Source: Eledone cirrhosa (lineage: Eukaryota). Taken from it: a DNA stretch of 64,000 bases. The position numbers were made by a program, and so were the translations under genes. The notes under the pieces were generated by a model. The model was given only the letters and a program-made list of their open reading frames with translations. It had not been told where the DNA came from and made no database searches. Positions within the stretch are counted from its first letter, which is position 1. Each line of letters begins with the position of its first letter. Location of the stretch: contig OZ024740.1 of assembly GCA_964016885.1 (NCBI GenBank), positions 384,028,001 through 384,092,000 on the forward strand. Reading direction: 5' to 3'. This document shows, piece by piece, positions 40,081 through 55,900 of the stretch.

Positions 40081-40350
40081 ACAGATACTCTATACCATTT
40101 CCTGTCCGCATGACTTGGCAAGCTACTTAGAACACTGGATTAACAGATTTTACTTCCCTATGGAGAAGAGATATTATCTCGAAAATTAAGGACATTTAAA
40201 TAAATCTAAGCTAAAAGACTAATTTTCAACAATATCTTTTGCATTTGTATTCTTTATTCTATGTCCATACCTGCATTGTTTTGGCTTTATTATACATATA
40301 CAAACGTTTATAGCTCATTACACAATGCTTCAAGTGAACTATAACCTCCT

Positions 40351-40478
<128 letters not shown>

Positions 40479-40481
40479 ATA

Positions 40482-40662
<181 letters not shown>

Positions 40663-41176
40663 ATACTTTGGGAGGGTCATGTTGCCAATAAGAAACACAC
40701 GCACCAGTTGCTTTCACTTCAATTTATTATGATAAATTTATAATAAATTTATAAATTTATAAATTTTTGGTTGGTTGGTTGGTTCCACAACCAGATAGTT
40801 GTTTATATATTGTCATAGTTATTTCGTCACACACTCTGTGACCTCTTCAGTGACTGGGGATTCCTTACTTTGTTTCTGTGCCTCTCCTTTGTTCTGTTCT
40901 ACGCCATTTTGTTTCAAACAAAATGGCGCAGGACAGAACAAATTACTACTGAGACTGATAGTAATGGCTAGGTTCTGTCTTAATAGCACCCCCACTCCAA
41001 GCTGGTTAACCTCAGTGTCACGTGATTGATTCTTTTGAATTTGCCACTTGACCAAGAAGGCAGTGAATTTTTCAATGGCTTGGAATCTAGCCCCGCTCGC
41101 TTTTTTACATCCACTGAATTATTTTTATATAAGTTCCCAGTGTCCCCGCATTGCCTGGAAGCTTAGCTGAGAATAA

Positions 41177-41255
41177 ACTCCCTGATGACGTAAGGATTCT
41201 CTATAGTTATTATGTAATTATATTTATCCCCTTACAGAAACTAATTAGTTGGAGT
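41177..41255 (+). ncRNA. Type I hammerhead, canonical core, at the end of a non-coding remnant (~40790-41306)
   Basis: ACTCC-CTGATGA-cGTAAGG..CCTTACa-GAAACTAATTAGTT-GGAGT. Confidence 0.8.
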
Positions 41256-41306
41256 GAAATTTTAGTAAGTATGTCAATTTTCATAACTTTCTTATTTACG
41301 TCTTTC

Positions 41307-41896
<590 letters not shown>

Positions 41897-42130
41897 TGGA
41901 AGAACACTATACCTAAGTTACTTATTTTCAACTGAACTAGATCAATAATAATCTATAATCATTTGATCCAGAAATATTATATGGAGTAGCGAAACAATTG
42001 TAAACGGACATTATTATTATTAATATTATTATTACTATTCTCTACATTCCTTACATCAAACTAAAATATGTTGACAATTTTTTAATAATGACTTCTTTGT
42101 GAGATATGTGGTCTTGTTTTGCTTAACTAA

Positions 42131-42230
<100 letters not shown>

Positions 42231-42257
42231 AAAGATAACAATATAACACAATCTCTA

Positions 42258-42332
<75 letters not shown>

Positions 42333-42662
42333 TAAAAGGAAAAGAAAATACTGACAAATTGTTCCCAGTGAAAATTAGTTTAATTAGGAAAAATAGAAAT
42401 TAGTAATAGTATTGGTTAGTATTCAGGTTTGGTTTTAAGTTTTACCGGTTGTGCATTTCTAATGCTTTTCAAAAATAATTTTGAGATAGAGCGCCCGTGA
42501 TGTTTGCTCTAATCTGATTAGTTTTGGAAATTCTACCTGTTTTATGTAAAAAAAAGTGGCTCCAGATGTATGAAAAAATTGTTGAGGGCAAAACAATTTT
42601 TTCCTTTTACCAAAATATCATAACTAATGTGTTACACCTCTATTCTTTTATATATATATATA

Positions 42663-42890
42663 TATTTATTAAAATAACAGATTAAAGTTTAAGCAAATAA
42701 TCGCCTTATCGAGCCCTCTTTGGATTTTACTCTTAAATTGGTGAAAGCAGCGATTCTTTGCTTAAACTTTAATCTGTCATTTTAATAAATATTTGCTCTA
42801 CGGTTCTTATATATTTGATATATATTTATCCTTATCGAGCCCTCTTTGGATTTTAGTCTTCAATTTTTTTATTATTACTATATTATGTAT
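42663..42890. mobile_element. Mini pLTR insertion with inversion (family of 46778-50112); similar copy at 50790-51012
   Basis: ACAGATTAAAGTTTAAGCAAA inverted against TTTGCTTAAACTTTAATCTGT; tail CTCTTTGGATTTTAGTCTTCA. Confidence 0.75.
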
Positions 42891-43616
42891 ATATATATAT
42901 GTATATAGGAAAAAGTTCAGTACTTTACTACCTAAAGTATTCCTTTGGAGTAGCATGAAAGTGAGTGAATATGAAGTTAGCCTAACTGTTATCATTCATA
43001 AATATCAATTATTTCTTGAGAATTATTATGTTCGAATCGTGTAGACTTCTACTTAAATGAAACCTTCTCGAGCTGACTCATCATGAAATGTCTTACAGCT
43101 GCCATTTCGTACACCGTGGACTCAATTGCACAGGGTTTCCATAGATTTAAAGGCAACAGGGTGTAATTTGTGTCTGATATGTTTAACAAAGTGATGACCC
43201 TATGCAGATTCATTTGCTCGTTAAAGCTGTAAGTAGCATGGTTTAAAATGCTAGATACAATAATTCAATGGATTATTTATTTGATGGGGTGGGGGTGCTG
43301 CATGCAGAGAAAGTTGGGAGCGTACAATATGAAATTATGAAATCAGTAAAGATTAGAAACAGATAAGATCCTGCAACTTGCTAAAGATACATATATAACA
43401 TTATAATAGACAAGAATTGTCATTTTATTCCAAACCCTCATTTGTTATTGGAACATGTATTCATATTTGGAGGGATAAAATATGTATACTTGAACCAAAG
43501 CCCCCAAAATATAAATTGGTCCAATTTTATTAACCTCAGATGGATGAAAGTGCGATTTGAACCAGAATAAACATAGTTCATCCTATTACATTATATATAT
43601 ATAGAGAGAATTTTAT

Positions 43617-43699
<83 letters not shown>

Positions 43700-43704
43700 A
43701 TATA

Positions 43705-44031
43705 TAAAGGATGAATAATAACAGATAGACGTCATAAAAAGGTAATTCATTCCGAGTGCTTACAAATGTTTCAACAGTCGTTATACAGCCGAGTAATGCT
43801 ATGTGCAAATTGGTAATTATTTGCAGAAACCAAATTTTCAAATGCTGCTTCTACCGTTTCCTATTATTCATTCTTTATCTACACTCCGGAATACAGAAGG
43901 ATCAGAAACTCAGTTTCTTCAACTATTCTTCCATAACTCGTTGAGTAACCCCTCACCGTACGTTAACTCTATCTAATGTAGTATTTAACTGTTACTGAAT
44001 TCAGGATAATCCTAACCATTTCTTGCATAAC

Positions 44032-44035
<4 letters not shown>
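43705..44035. mobile_element. 330-bp pLTR + inverted tail unit (family of 6424-7945)
   Basis: Matches 6424-6578 and 7785-7945; reverse-complement twin at 45336-45666. Confidence 0.8.
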
Positions 44036-44087
<52 letters not shown>

Positions 44088-44125
44088 TAGAAGGATTTAA
44101 ATGGATACAGTTCAGTAAAAGGAAT

Positions 44126-44246
44126 TTATTGACACGTGTTTCAATAACAGTTATATAACCTGAAAACGGTTGCTATCTACAAAGTATTAATTATGCAGAC
44201 ACTCAATATTAGAATGTTATTTTCAACCATCATTTCATCAGAATAA
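44126..44246 (-). ncRNA. Type I hammerhead, canonical core, long stem II
   Basis: TTATT-CTGATGA-AATGATGGTT..AACTGTTATT-GAAACACGTGTC-AATAA. Confidence 0.8.
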
Positions 44247-44974
44247 TCTCATTGAGAACTTGTTTGGTTTTTATAGAGAATATTAAGAGGGAGGAGTGAA
44301 GTTAGAAGAATAGTTAAGGAAGTGGATAGAAATTGTTGGTAGCAGTGGGTAATTAGATTCCCATCTGTTGTTATGACATTTTTATAGAATACATTATTTG
44401 GCCTTGGTTATTTTTCTAAATCTATAGAAGGATTAGAGATAGTAAAGATATGCATGGTTGGTTTTGTGTTTGCACTTAATTAACATACAGACTTAAATTT
44501 TTGTTTCAAGTGTGTGTATCCATTCGCCCACACATAGATATATGTGTATATATACTTTTTTTTTTTAAAACATATACATTCACACACATACATATATGCA
44601 CACCTCTACAAATACATACACTCATATACACATACTTACATGCTCATACTTATATATATATAATTATATATATATACATATACAAATTAGCGAGAATCGT
44701 ATTTCGGCTATTGGAAATTAGCGAAAAACAATTTCCGAGATGTGTGGCAAGCGCTCCATAGAAGCTAGTGAACTAGAGCTACAACATAAGTTAAAAGGCC
44801 ATACACACTGAAACGATGGTTAAACCATTATCTGCACAGCTATAGAAACGACCAAGTAATTCGGGTCAAAAAAATAAAATATGATCGAAAATTATACCCT
44901 TGAAGGTTGGTAAAATCCAGCATTTGGGTTTCTGCAACTCCTAAATTAGGTAGTGTCTGCTTAGACAAATAATT

Positions 44975-45157
44975 GTTTCTACTTTAGGCACAAGGCCAGC
45001 AATTACCCAGTGCATTACTGGTACTTTATTTTATCGACCCCGTAAGGATGAAAGGCAAAGTCAACCTCGGCGGGATTTGAACTCAGATCGTAAAGAGACG
45101 TATCTATGCTGGAAAGCATGGCGTCCGACCCTCTACCAATACTGCCAATCCACCGCC
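44975..45157 (-). mobile_element. tRNA-derived SINE
   Basis: A box TGGCAGTATTGG, B box GTTCAAATCC, conserved body GCCTTTCATCCTTACGGGGTCGATAAAATAAAGTACCAG; second copy at 53765. Confidence 0.85.
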
Positions 45158-45335
45158 AAATAATGTTAAGACAAACAAATAATGTTAAGCTTTTGGTAAG
45201 ATGATTGAACAAGGAAGTCACTTTCTCAACAGGCTTTTAGTTCAAGTGCCAAACCAAGGACTGACCGTTATCAAAACCCACGTGGGGCTCGACAAGGGGG
45301 ACAAACCTTAGTATATATATATATATATATATATA

Positions 45336-45660
45336 TTAGGTTATGCAAGAAATGATTAGGATTATCCTGAATGCAGTAATGGTTAATTACTACACTAGAT
45401 AGAGTTAACGTACGGTGAGGGTTACTCAACGAGTTATTGAAGAATAGTTGAAGAAACTAAATTTCTGATCCTTCTGTATTCCGGAGTGTAGAAAAAGAAT
45501 GAATAATAGGAAACGGTAGAAGAAGCATTTGAAAATTGAGTTTCTGCAAATAATTACCAATTTACACATAGCACGACTCGGCTGTATAACAACTGTTGAA
45601 ACATTTGTAAGCACTCGGAATGAATTACCTTTTTATGATGTCTATATGTTATTATTCATT

Positions 45661-45666
<6 letters not shown>
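45336..45666. mobile_element. Inverted twin of the 43705-44035 unit
   Basis: Reverse-complement match including the same inversion junction. Confidence 0.8.
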
Positions 45667-45698
<32 letters not shown>

Positions 45699-46690
45699 AC
45701 TAGTTTATGTAAGTGTGTGTATGTGTGTGTGTGTAGTTTATCTGTGTGTCTTTTATGCCCTAACCTCACACATGTGCATATGTATCGATACGTGTACATA
45801 TACACATATGTATTTTTGTAAGAGTGCTGAATGTGTATGTGGATGTATGCGCGTCAGGTGCTTCGTCACGTAAAGAGGAGATGCTGCACTTGCGGTAGAA
45901 AGCATGGGTTTCCAATTGCAAAAGAGTGATATATCGAGAAAGAATTTGTTATTTGAATCGACTCTGGAAAATAAATGCACAGTCACAATCATCATCATCA
46001 TAAGTATGTTAAGTAATCTTGATGACGATGATGAACACCACCATCATAAAAACATTATAATGGTAATCATAATCATGTTCGTGTTAATCAGATTTATCAT
46101 CGACATCATCATATTATCCAATATCGATATTGCAATAAGCATGATCACCATAACAAAAACTAAACAGGCAGAAAGATAGCAGTAATGATGTAGGAGGTGA
46201 TATCCGGATAGGATTCCTATTAAAGCAACTAGAACTGTCCCATCTACTATTTTCTGTCAATCTCCCAGCAACGTCAGTAACAAAGAAGGAAGCAGATAGA
46301 ATTTTCTAGATGCTTAAGTAAGATATTTAATGATAGGTGCTCGTCGGATCATCTTCAGCATTTGTGCTGTAAATATAGAAGAAAATAGCTCAAAGTATTG
46401 GTGGTGGGGATAGTTCTCATTGTTATATTGATAATGCTGGAAATGAGGGTGATGAGACATTGAGGAAATAAATGATGATCATAGCCGCGATAATGTTGGA
46501 AATACTAAAGATATTGTAGTGGGGATGTAAAATAGTTCTACATTGGCACATATATTATATTTTAATAAGTAGTCTTTAAATACTATCAAAGCCAACTTAG
46601 GGAAGGAAAGGTGAGTGAATCATGCTGAATTGCTATATTAAAATGAAGACAATGACAGACTGCTGAAATGCTATTCACACACACAACCAA

Positions 46691-46780
<90 letters not shown>

Positions 46781-46879
46781 ATAATAATAAATGTGAAGAC
46801 TAAAATCCAAAGAGGACTTGATATATAAGAACCGTAGACCAAATATTTATTAAAATAACTCTATTGACTTATATTCATC

Positions 46880-49010
46880 ATGCAGAAACAACATCTGAAT
46901 ATTTCTACAAAGAACATACCCGTACCAAGCAGGAAAACATACCTAAACCTCCTGATACAGATAACATACGCGTTCATTAAAAGGTTGCGTTGGCGTGCCT
47001 TTTATTTCGATAATCATGGAAAAGCAGACAACAAACAGGATAAATTTGGGTTTAAAACCTATAATAACCCTCCGAGTAACCCAGCATTGCTAGCCTTCAT
47101 AAATAATGTCTTGGAACTCATACGGAGTATCAAATTTCAGAATAGCAGCAATTCCTTCCAGCAGAACCTGAAGAATAGAATTCGTTCTATTAAGGATTCT
47201 AATGCCGTGCACGTCCATTCCGACAAAACTGGCAATCTATATCAAGTGGAACGCAGTACTTATCATCAACTGCTACATAATGCTGTAACGAAGGATTACC
47301 GTAAAACTAATCGGAACGTCATTAATGAAATCAATGATGCTGGGTTTAAAATCACCTCTGATCTCAACATCGTGGATCGGACTGGACCTCTGGACCCTAT
47401 TTCTCCCCACTTTACCCTGACGGATCACAAATCCAATTTTCCGAACAACCTCTCTATTCGGCTTATTAACCCTACGAAGTTCGATTTAGGTAGACTTAGT
47501 AAAAGGATTCTTGATAGAATTATACCTGAAATTAGAAGTTTGGCCCCTCTTGCACTGTGGAACAATTATTTCGTGGTGATTGATTGGTTCAACGACATAT
47601 GCAACAAGGAAAATTGCCGTTTTATCCAATTCGACATCAATAATTGCTACTACTCCATCACTTTACCACTTGTCCTTAGAGCTATCAAATTCGCTAAAAC
47701 AATCACAGTGGTTAAGAATTTCGAAGTTGATGTCATCCTCAATGCCCGTAAGTCGGTGATTAATTTCGACGACTCTGTTAGGATTAAAACATCTAATAGT
47801 ACCCCATTCGACGTGAGTATGGGCGCCCAGCGATTCTGCGGAGGTTACAGATCTTATCGGCCTTTTCCTTCTTTTCTCTATCAAAGAAGAATTCCCCAAC
47901 GTGGGCGGTGGTTTGTACCGTTATGATGGTCTTTTGACCATGACTAAGTGCGGCCTACGTGCTTGCGACAGATACAGAAAAGAGCTCACAGCCTTCTTTA
48001 AAGGCTTCAACCTCCCCATACAGTTTGAGGCCAACTTCTCGGTCGTTAATTACCTCGACGTTACCATCAATTTATCGAATGTCTTGCATTACGCGTATAG
48101 AAAGACGAATGATGCGCTTAATTACATAAGTAAGCATTCTAACCATCCTGCCAGCATAACCAAGAACCTGGTAAGAAACGTTTCTTTGAGGATTTCCGGT
48201 CTATCTATTAACGAGCATATTTTCAACGACCATTCCACATATTACAATGAAGCTCTTGCTCGGAGAGGATTTGTTGATAAGGTAGCATATACAGAGTACG
48301 AGAACAGACCTAGTAGAAATAGATCACGACGCATTATATGGTATAACCCACCATATAATATGGAGGTGGCCACTCCATTAGCTAAGATCTTTCTCTCCCT
48401 TATTATGAAGCATTTTTTCCCTGCACATAAATATAGTAAAATTTTTAATAGAAATACCATTAAAATGTCTTACTCTACGACTCCTAACCTTGCACATAAC
48501 ATCACAGCTTCAAATTTAGCTAAACTACCTAGCCGTAGGAACACGTGTATCCCTGTAGTTAGTACTAACTGTAATTGTAGGAATCAGGTTGACTGCCCCC
48601 TATCCGGGAAATGCCTCTCTAGTAACATTGTCTACACATGTAAGGTTGAAACACCCACGTCCCGTAGGGCTTACATAGGGTTAACCGCCAATAGATTCAA
48701 GCAGTGTCTTTACATGCATACCCATTCTTTTCTTAACCCTTTAAGAAGGAATATGACGTCACTTTCAGCTTATATCTGGAGTCTAAAAGACAACCACACC
48801 CAATATAAGTTACACTGGGAGAACCTAGCTAGGGCTAGATCGTATAACGGAAGTAAAAGACCATGTGACCTCTGCGCCGCTGAGACCCTGAACATACTCT
48901 ACGCCAAAGACGACATCTTAAAAAAGAAATCTGAGGCAATTCCGGCTGGTAAACATAAATTGCACAAAACTTTCTTGTATTACAGCCCCACATTATACCC
49001 TAATGGATAG
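46880..49010 (+). pseudogene. PLE RT-GIY-YIG polyprotein (~710 codons) with one frameshift
   Basis: Joins track ORFs 46880-47926 and 47901-49010. Confidence 0.9.
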
Positions 49011-50046
49011 TACGAACTATACGCGGATATTTTACGTCTTGATGTGGTAGCTAAGTGTATGTTATGTTTATACCATTACTTATTTGTATAGGTAAGTATA
49101 TATTACCTCTATGTTTTGTGAAGGTACGTATACTTCTCGTACGTATATTTGATTGTATATGTTATGGCGTATATATTATATATTCTGGTACATATGCTTT
49201 TGGTTATGTGTATACGTGAGTTTTGCGTTTGTGTGAGTATTCGGGTTCGTACATATGTAGGGTACATGTATATGTGTACTTTGTGTTTTGGCTGACCTTG
49301 TTTCTGAACATATTTGTATTTCCATGTAGGTATGTGTGTGCGCTTGTTATATACGTATTTATTTATTTATATACGTTTATTCAATTATATGTATACACGC
49401 ACACACACCCACACATATATATATATATTTTATATATATCTTTATCTGTACTTGGTGCATACATTCGTATGCTTGCGGGTACAGGCGTTGCGTGGGTTCT
49501 GTAAGTGCGTGCGGGGTTTTTTTGTGTGTACCTGCGTGTATTTCTATATCTATGGCGAGTGTTTTCGCCTATGCTTGTGTATGTACGTTTATGGATGCGT
49601 GTATGTATTTATTTAATTTCAATTACCTCTGTATTTTATTTACTTTATTCATAACTCTGAAGCCGAGAATCATTCGGTTTCCTAGTTAGAATTCTTGTCT
49701 ACGACTTCAGTTATACTATTTACGTGGTTTTGTGTTTGCGTGCAATTGTTCTCCCCGCATCACATATGACATATTTTCTTCGTTTTTTCCGTTCATTGCC
49801 AGAGAACGTCTCTATGAACCACCTAAGAGAACATTAGTCTACGACTTCTTTTATACCATAAACGTGGTTTTGTCTTTGCGTGTAATTGTTTTTCACCGCT
49901 CCAAATAATGACATATTATATTCATTTTTCCCGTTCTTAGCCAGGGAACATTTCCACGAACCAAAGTATCGTTCGTCTTCTTGTCTTCCTCCGGTTGCAA
50001 CGTGTTTTCAAATATTCACTTCTGCGTTCACAGATTGAGTTTGTTA

Positions 50047-50095
50047 GTTTCAGAAGATCCTGTTAAGGGTGAAAGCAGCGATTATTTGCTTAAAC
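50047..50095 (+). ncRNA. Hammerhead-like motif, U4A core (CAGAAGA); also 61891-61939 (-) and 63366-63413 (+)
   Basis: GTTT-CAGAAGA-tCCT gtta AGGgt-GAAAGCAG..TTGCT-T-AAAC. Confidence 0.55.
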
Positions 50096-50114
50096 ATTAA
50101 TCTGTTTTCTAATA

Positions 50115-50188
<74 letters not shown>

Positions 50189-50606
50189 ATTATAAATATA
50201 GATTTAACGAGAATCGTATTTCGGCGGGAAGAAAAGGCGAAACAAAACGCAAAAATCAGAAATATTGCTGGCAAGCGCTCCATAGTTATAAACCAGAGCT
50301 AAACAATATGTTAAGACGCCATACAAAACTGAAATATTGGTCAAGAAAGCCTCAACCATCTAATCCAAAAATCAAATCAAGCCAAACGGGGCAAAACAAA
50401 ATAAATGATAAAAAATATATATATAAATATATATATATATGTACGTAAGTCTATATATATATATATAACAATACATATATACATATTCCATATGAATATT
50501 TTTTCTTGACACACACTCTATTGATAATATAGTAATTGCGGTATCATTCATATATACATATATACACACATACGCACGAACACACACACACACGCGCGCA
50601 CACACA

Positions 50607-50697
<91 letters not shown>

Positions 50698-50716
50698 ACA
50701 CACACACACACACACA

Positions 50717-50765
<49 letters not shown>

Positions 50766-51007
50766 ATATGTATGTATATATATACTATAAGATCAGTTTC
50801 AAGTTTAAGCAAATAATAGCTGATTTCACACTTAATGGATCAGCAGATCCCGTAAAGTGTGAAAGCAGCGATTCTTTGCTTAAACTCTAATCTGTTATTG
50901 TCATAAACAGTTGGTGGACGGTTTTTTATATTTTATATATATATATATTTATATATATTATCCTTATCGTGCCCTCTTTGGATTTTAGTCTTCACCTTTA
51001 TTAGTAT

Positions 51008-51085
<78 letters not shown>

Positions 51086-51088
<3 letters not shown>

Positions 51089-51227
51089 GGGTAAATTCCG
51101 AGATATATGGACGAGTTCTCTCTAGCGGTCTCTGTTCCTCATAATTGCTTCCATGTCCTGCGTCTCCAAGAAACCAGTGTCTGTCCTTAGGGCAATCAGC
51201 ATATGTTAACCTCGGTCTTCTTCTTCC
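51086..51227 (-). mobile_element. 3' fragment of an RTE-like LINE
   Basis: GRRRPRLTYAD../DTGFLETQDMEAIMRNRDR resembles RTE C-termini. Confidence 0.6.
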
Positions 51228-51249
51228 ATATATATATATATATATAATA

Positions 51250-53180
51250 ACTACATCCAATTCACAATGGAATTCATTCAAGACCTCCTCCCATTTCTGG
51301 ACATCTTAATCATAAAAAGACACATTATTGAAACTGACATCCACTACAAACCAACATATTCCAAACAATAACTGCTATTCACCTCCAGCCATCCAAAGCA
51401 CACGGAGACGAACATCCCTTTTAATCTAGCAAGACGAATTTGCACAATTGTCCCCAATTATGAAACGCGAAATATAAGACTTCAAGAATTAAAGGAAATT
51501 CTGCTCGAAAGACAGTACCCACTGTCACTAACGGATAAGGGAATAGAAAGGGCTAAAGCGCTCTGCATTGATGAATTATGAAAACAGAAACAAATTCAAC
51601 GTACGTCCAATATTCTATCATATATCTCAACATACCACACAATAAATACGAAAGCATACAACATTATTCACAAGAACATTCCATTATTGAAACAAGACCC
51701 AAGAATGAAAAACGCAAAAGACAACCAAAATCCTGAAACATTACTCACCAATACCAAATTACCCACCACAAACCCACAACCAAGTGTCGAAAAATGTGGT
51801 CGCTCTAATTGCGAAACTTCCACTCACGTCATTGAAGGCAAATGTATACATTTCAATCAGGACAAAATTTCGTTGTAAAAAATCACCTCACTTGCTCATC
51901 AAAAAATTTACTTTATGCAATTAAATTTAAAGAATGCAATGAATATTATATAAGACAAACTAAACTCACCCTCAGAAACAGAATGACAATTCATCGCCAA
52001 CAATTACGAGACCCTACCACAAGACAGATATCACCCAGTGCAAATCTAGACATATGTGTAAGCGATAAGACACCCAAATTCCAAGTCATCCCACTTTATC
52101 TATACACTGACAATACAACAGACCAAATACGAATAAATAAGGAAAATATGTTTATTCAAAAATAGAGACTACTATTAAATATAGTTTAATATACATTAAT
52201 ATGTTAACACCATAACATGCTAACCATCCACACACACACACATACATACACACACACACATATCAACCGCTCCTATATTCGAAAATAAAAGACCAGAGCT
52301 AAATATACTTTAACATACCTTAATATTTTAGCTGCTTATCATGCTAACCATAGCCCCCACACAGATACACACACATAACAGCCATCACCATTTCTACTAA
52401 TGGATCCCCCCCCCTCCTACACACACATCCGCACACAAATAAATATATATATATATATTTTCTATCCTGCCGCCACCACCACCACTATCGATACAAACAT
52501 TCAATTTATTTCAATAGAAAGTCTGAATTTTACACAGCACATCAGCCATACTCACTGAACCAGAACGATTTCTCCCCATCCCTTTTCTTGACCATTATAT
52601 TTTGTTTGGCTCAAACCTCTCTATGACAAACCATGTGACTGTGAAAATGGCTATAAAGAACCCCCAAATAGGAACTGCCACGAAATTTAATGTAATTATT
52701 CAAATGATAGTCATCGCCCAACCGAATTACATTTATAAAAAAACAATTTGAGCCACTTTTTAAGGTGTAAATGGCAATAAAGAACCCTCATACGCGAACT
52801 GGCACGGAAAATGATACACTTATTCACGTTACTGTTATCAACCAACCAACATTCACTTATTTATGAAAAAACAAGATTTTGGGCCACTTTGTTAAAGGCA
52901 AATACAATAAGAACTTTTAATGTGAACTGGCGCGAAATTTGTTATAATTATTCACGTGACAGTCATCAACCAACCAAATTATTATTTGTTTAATTCTAGC
53001 AATTCGAGCCATTTTTTCCACATAAGAAGTAATATTCGAACTCCAACCAGATGCGAGAAAGAACAAAAGCCCTCCATCTCATTCTGCCTTCTGAAAAGCA
53101 TAAGAACTGTGAAACAGGTAAAGGAAACAAATAAATATTCTTAAAAAGACACCATTTGCATTTTCGAATTATTTTCCTTA
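51250..53180 (+). mobile_element. 5'-truncated Neptune-like PLE (relative of 34600-39229)
   Basis: PFLD, SSHPKH..NIPFNLARRI, CGRSNC, LLYAI..YYI; shared 3' UTR; HHR-like CCTT-CTGAAAA-GCA..TGT-GAAACAGGTA-AAGG at 53087-53124. Confidence 0.88.
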
Positions 53181-53246
53181 TATATATATATATATATATA
53201 TAAATATAAATTCAGCGAAACGAAACGCAAAAATCAGAGTTATGCT

Positions 53247-53292
<46 letters not shown>

Positions 53293-53764
53293 GAGAAAGA
53301 GAGACAGAGAAAGAGTCTACTTACTAACTTATTTAACAATTTCCTCATTTCTTTATATCACACATTTTATTTTATTATTTTCATAAAAATACATTTTCCG
53401 CCTCTAGTCTGTACATAGACTTATCCCTCACCCCCTCCACCCACTATTCACCCCCTATTCACATAACCATTATAATTATTCACCTCCTACTCAACTCAGA
53501 TGTATATATGAATTTGCATTTCAACGCGGATGTATATGTGTATATACATCGCAGATCTTAACATTGGTGAAGCTTCAATTACGACGCATACATACACACA
53601 TATATATATATATATATTTGTATGTGTGTGTGTGTGTGCATACATATATACGTGTGTATGTATCTGTATGTGCAATGCATATATAGCTACGCGTACAGTT
53701 GTGTGTAAAGTTATACATGTGTGAGCCTACGTACGCACGCAAATACGTGCCTATTATATGTTTA

Positions 53765-53957
53765 AGGGTGGGGTATTGGCAGTATCGGTAGAAGGTCGGA
53801 CGCCATGCTTTGCAACCTAGAGTTACGACCCTTTATAGTGTGAGCTCAAATCCCGCCGAGGTTCACTTTGCCTTTCATCCTTACGGGGTCGATAAAATAA
53901 AGTACCAGTAATGTACTGGGATAATTGGGATACTGGCCTTGTGCCAAAGGTAGAAAC
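53765..53957 (+). mobile_element. tRNA-derived SINE (family of 44975-45157)
   Basis: Same A/B boxes, body and GGCCTTGTGCC..GTAGAAAC end. Confidence 0.85.
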
Positions 53958-54732
53958 ATTTATATTTTTAAGTCTTAGTTATTCATCCTCTGCGTCCGTG
54001 TGTATACGCGTGTGGGCGTTTTCACACAATTACGTGATAAACCTTTGAATTATTTCCCTTCATCCCTATATACACTAAACTGATTAGCCCAAGAAATAGA
54101 TAAATTCGTTTACAAACAGTTTTCAACCCAGAGAAACATCACCTGTATCAAATATATGTCTCTACATTTAGGATGGAGATTTACCCTAGAGACAACAACT
54201 CGTGAAACACCTGTAGAAAAGGAAAGATCTGAGCGATCGAATCCCGAGTCATTATAATATAGGCGAACTCTACTACCACAAGTACCCAGTACTCTGTTGA
54301 TTAATGGTCTAACTAGTATTAGACTCTCTGTGCCCTGATATATATGTATATGTATGTTTGTATATATATATATATATATATATATAGGAAACTGTCTGGC
54401 CAGTCTGTTGATATGCAAATCTGGATCATCAGTGGATCTGCTAATATGCAGATCTGACTGATCAGCCAGTCTTCTAATATGCAAACCAGGCCGATCAGTC
54501 ACTGTATATTTTAGAAAATATAATATAATTTCACTAACTCTTACAGTTGGCCAGGTGAACAGTGAACTGTATTGGTGAAGGGTAATACACAGAAACATTA
54601 GTTTAAAAATGAGGCTTGTTTGCATAATTTCAAACGAATCGAATATTATTATAAATACTCGAAAAACTCAGATTACATTTATTGTATTCAGCGATGCAGA
54701 GCGATAATTTATATATATATATGTATGTATAG

Positions 54733-54847
<115 letters not shown>

Positions 54848-55444
54848 ATAGAGAAGAAAGTGCGAAGTAGATGTTAGGTTCCATTATTAATGAGCCCTAA
54901 CATATTCAACTTCGCATTTTCCTCTGTATTAATATACTCCGTTATCCTGTTTTTAGGAAGCAATAAGACGTTGAGTGCTAGAAATGAATTGCATCCTTGT
55001 ATACCGAATATATATACGTGTATGTATGTATGTTTGTGTGTATAAATATACATATAATTCATTGCCCGCGCTTGGATGTGTACTTGTGTGAATGTCTGTA
55101 TATGTCACTGCGTCTGTGTGTTTGTGAATATGTGATACTGCGTACGTGAATGTGTGTATAAGGGCCATACATGTTTTTAACCGCTTGTGTAAGATAAAAA
55201 GTATCGTTAAATATGCTTTGTTGAATCGAGTTAGGTTGATTAGTTTACACTAAGATAGACATATGAAAAACATAATCAAATTTAACATATTTTTGGTAAA
55301 GTATATGCTGACAGCTGTGGAATTATTCACGACTTGAGAAACGTCTCACTTATCTATATCATTGTGTGATTGTTCTTCTTTTAAACGGATTTGAATTGGG
55401 ATATTCTCGTAAAGTATCTCTTTCGCACTCACTCAACTTTCACA

Positions 55445-55523
<79 letters not shown>

Positions 55524-55661
55524 TTGCAAGGTTTTTTTTATGAAATCGTGTGTTATACTTGGGGAGGGTCATACTCTTATGATATTGCCGTGTGTTCTGT
55601 TATTATTTCTGGGAATATTATAACAATATTACCCTTCCCAAGTATAAATATATATATATAT

Positions 55662-55900
<239 letters not shown>

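Larger units (their letters stand above)
46778..50112 (+). mobile_element. Full-length Nematis-like PLE, inactivated
   Basis: ATG 46880 to stop 49010 with a frameshift near 47828 (MGA/SDSAE) and YRYD in place of YRDD; GIY-YIG IVY..YIG; inverted tail 46778-46856; 3' pLTR ends in (TA)n. Confidence 0.92.
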
